From Spizellomyces punctatus DAOM BR117 (lineage: Eukaryota): DNA of 64,000 nt. A program made the position numbers and the translations under genes. Below the pieces are notes generated by a model, which was not told the origin of the DNA, searched no databases, and saw nothing but the letters and a program-made list of their open reading frames with translations. Shown piece after piece: positions 60,902 through 64,000 of this stretch (position 1 is the first letter of the stretch; every line of letters begins with the position of its first letter). The DNA lies in assembly GCA_000182565.2 (NCBI GenBank), contig KQ257461.1. One strand, written 5' to 3'.

Positions 60902-63900
60902 ATGTCTGCCAAGCCCATTCGTGAATACGACGGAAAGCACCTTCTCGCCTACTGGCTCCCACGACTGACTCACCCAGACGCTGAATCTTCACAGCCAACT
61001 TCGCCCGCAGAAAATGGCTCCTATCCGAACATAAAAGACTCTTCTCCCGCTTTCCTTGCACCAAACCGCATGGTCCATATTTCGTTTGATGTTTCCCTCG
61101 TAGAAAATGAAACTGTATTCAAAAAACACGTCGAAGAAACTTTCGACAGGGCAGAGAAAGAAAATCCTTGGGTAAAGGAGGACAAATTGGTTTGCAAGCC
61201 AGATCAATTGATAAAGCGGCGAGGAAAGAATGGCCTGTTGGGTATTGGGCTGGATTGGAATGGGGTTAAAGAGTGGATAAGGACAAGAGCGGGCAAGATT
61301 TTCAAGGTATTCGTCTCTTCGTCTTATTGGAGCCTAAGCGAGAGCCTTAATTCATTTTTGCCATTATAGCTCGAGAAAACTGGTGGCCTTCTGCACACCT
61401 TCTTAGTGGAACCTCTTTGCATCCACCCTCCAGAGTCCGAATACTACGTTGCCATCAATTCTGTTCGTGAAGGAGATTGGATTCTTTTTACGCATGAGGG
61501 AGGCGTTGACGTCGGTGATGTCGATGCGAAGGCACGGAAGATCTTGGTTGAAGTCAACAAACCATTCCCAACTGCGGAAAAGCTTTCAAAGGCACTCTTG
61601 CATGGTATGCTGAGTTACACCACTCGTGTTCAACGACGTACTGAATACAATTCTTTCAGACGTCAAGTCTGATTCCCAGAAGGCGACGCTCGTCGACTTC
61701 ATCACTCGTCTCTATGCGGTTTACACTGACCTTCAATTCACATATCTGGAAATCAATCCTCTGGTGGTTTTAGAATCCGTAGATGGAAAGGCACCGCAAG
61801 TTTTCTACCTGGACCTTGCCGCAAAACTCGATCAAACTGCTGAATTTGAATGTGGAAAGAAATGGGCCATTGCTCGGCAACACGCCTATCCACAGACTGG
61901 AACCAGCCCATCATGGGGACCCGCTATTGAGTTCCCGGCTCCGTTTGGACGAGAGCTTACCAAAGAAGAAGCTTACATCGCTGACTTGGATGCTAAGACC
62001 GGAGCATCTTTGAAACTTACAGTTTTAAATCCCTCCGGTCGGATATGGACTATGGTTGCTGGTGGAGGTGCATCAGTGGTATATTCTGACGCCATTGCAG
62101 CCCTTGGTTATGCCCACGAACTGGCCAACTACGGTGAATACTCTGGCGCTCCATCGGAGTCTCAAACGTACGAATACAGTAAAACGATTTTGGACTTGAT
62201 GACCCGAGGAGCCCCTCATCCTGAAGGAAAATTCCTTTTCATCGGAGGAGGTATCGCGAACTTCACCAATGTTGCTGCAACGTTCAAGGGCATTATCCGA
62301 GCGTTGAAGGAATACCAGCGGTCTTTACAAAACCACAAGGTGAAGATCTACGTTCGCCGTGCCGGTCCAAATTATCAAGAAGGACTTCGTCTTATGCGGA
62401 CACTGGGAGAGAATCTGGGGGTAGATATCAATGTCTTTGGGCCTGAGATGCACGTGACAGGTATCGTTCCTCTCGCCTTGAAGGGCATTCATTCCCAATC
62501 GCCAAATCCTACTGCGGCTGTGGAATCGACGGGCAATGGGCTTTTGGATATCTCAACGCCAACACCACCTCCGGTTGCATTGGACCGTGTTGGTGGGATG
62601 GCAGGTGCAACACCCAACGAAAACGCTGCTGTCACTAAGGCAACAAGTCCCGCTCTCCCTCGTTCGGTCGTGCCCTTCACGTCTCGAACTCGTTCTTTCA
62701 TCTACGGGATGCAGCCTCGTGCGGTCCAAGGCATGCTGGATTTCGATTTCATGTGTAATCGTGAGCAACCCTCTGTTGCATGTATGATATACCCCTTCGG
62801 CGGCCATCACGTTCAGAAATTCTACTGGGGCACCAAGGAAATGTTGGTGCCGGTGTACACAACAGTCACCGAAGCCATTGAAAGATTTCCAGACGTAGAT
62901 GTTGTGGTCAATTTTGCATCCTGTAGAAGGTATGTGCGCAGATCGAAAGCAATAAGTTCCAAATGCGTTTTTAACCAAGGCTCGATTGTCAGTGTGTATG
63001 AGAGTACTCGCGAGCTTATGCTGTACCCTCAACTGAAGACGATAGCGATTATTGCCGAAGGAGTGCCGGAGAAGCGCGCTCGCCAGCTCCTTCACGAAGC
63101 TCAAGAAAAGGGAATTCTTATAATCGGACCCGCCACTGTCGGTGGCATTAAGCCAGGATGCTTCAAGATTGGAAACACCGGAGGAATGATGGATAATATT
63201 GTGTCCTCCAAGCTTTACCGCGCCGGTTCCGTTGCTTATGTCTCCAAAAGTGGCGGAATGTCCAATGAGCTGAACAACATCATATCCCGGGCCACTGATG
63301 GAGTCTACGAGGGCGTTGCTATAGGTGGTGATAGATACCCAGGATCAACATTCATTGACCACATGCTTAGATACGAGAAGGATCCAGCGGCCAAGATTTT
63401 GGTCCTGTTGGGCGAGGTTGGTGGAGTTGAAGAGTACCATCTCGCGCAAGCCGTAAAGGACGGACGTATCACCAAACCCGTGGTAGCGTGGTGCATTGGA
63501 ACTTGTGCAAAGATGTTCACAACTGACGTCCAGTTCGGGCACGCTGGAAGTTTTGCCAACTCTGACCTCGAAACGGCGGATGCGAAGAACTCAACTCTGC
63601 GCTCTTCCGGTGTGATCGTCCCAGAAACGTTCGAAGATCTTCCAGAAACCTTGCATAAGGTGTACACATCTCTCGTCGCTAACAAGACAATTGCACCCCT
63701 CCGCGAACCGCCGGCACCCAAAATTCCCATCGACTATTCATGGGCGCAAGAGCTCGGTCTCATCCGTAAGCCAGCCTCGTTCATTTCAACTATTTGCGAT
63801 GACCGAGGGCAAGAATTACTGTACGCTGGAATGGCCATTAGCGAAGTTTTCAAGGAAGATATTGGCATCGGTGGCGTGTTGAGCTTGCTTTGGTTCAAGA

Positions 63901-64000
63901 GACGGCTGCCTGCCTACGCGTGCAAATTCATCGAGATGGTTTTGATGTTGACAGCGGATCATGGCCCAGCTGTAAGTGGAGCGCATAATACAATCGTGAC
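60902..64000 (+). CDS. ACLY: ATP-citrate lyase, single-chain form, multi-exon, 3'-partial
   Basis: [47 protein letters not shown], then in the same frame MLDFD, GPATVGG, QFGHAG and ADHGPAVSG. Confidence 0.96.

Overview
Eukaryotic (fungal, intron-rich, very probably chytrid) genomic window. The Fanzor remnant resembles, from memory, SpuFz1 of Spizellomyces punctatus. Host genes: two convergent FAR1/AFT-type (WRKY-GCM1 fold) transcription-factor paralogs, a RapGAP, a secreted Reeler-like protein, Nup160/Nup120, the NatA auxiliary subunit NAA15/NAT1, and a single-chain ATP-citrate lyase that runs off the window. The centre (13960-41902) is one ~2.1-kb Fanzor1 (eukaryotic TnpB-like RNA-guided nuclease) transposon with 30-bp TIRs, a TA target and a CATA TAM. 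It is split near the 3' end of its ORF by a ~25.8-kb nest of Ty3/gypsy LTR retrotransposons (4-bp GATT duplication). The decayed ORF body lies at 39921-41737 (-). Its last codons and a well-preserved omegaRNA scaffold plus guide lie at 13945-14112 (-). The omegaRNA locus carries tRNA-spaced A- and B-box-like motifs. The nest holds two families. Family A is a chromovirus with a Dam/DIRS-type methyltransferase-like insert and an OTU-like C-terminal domain. Family B is almost CpG-free and has a -1 frameshift signal. The nest also shows an apparent LTR-bounded inversion and a duplication. More TE debris lies at ~3.7-4.2 kb and 51.8-55.9 kb. Three N gaps limit certainty about the nested arrangement. 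All family assignments come from motif recognition by eye; no searches were run.
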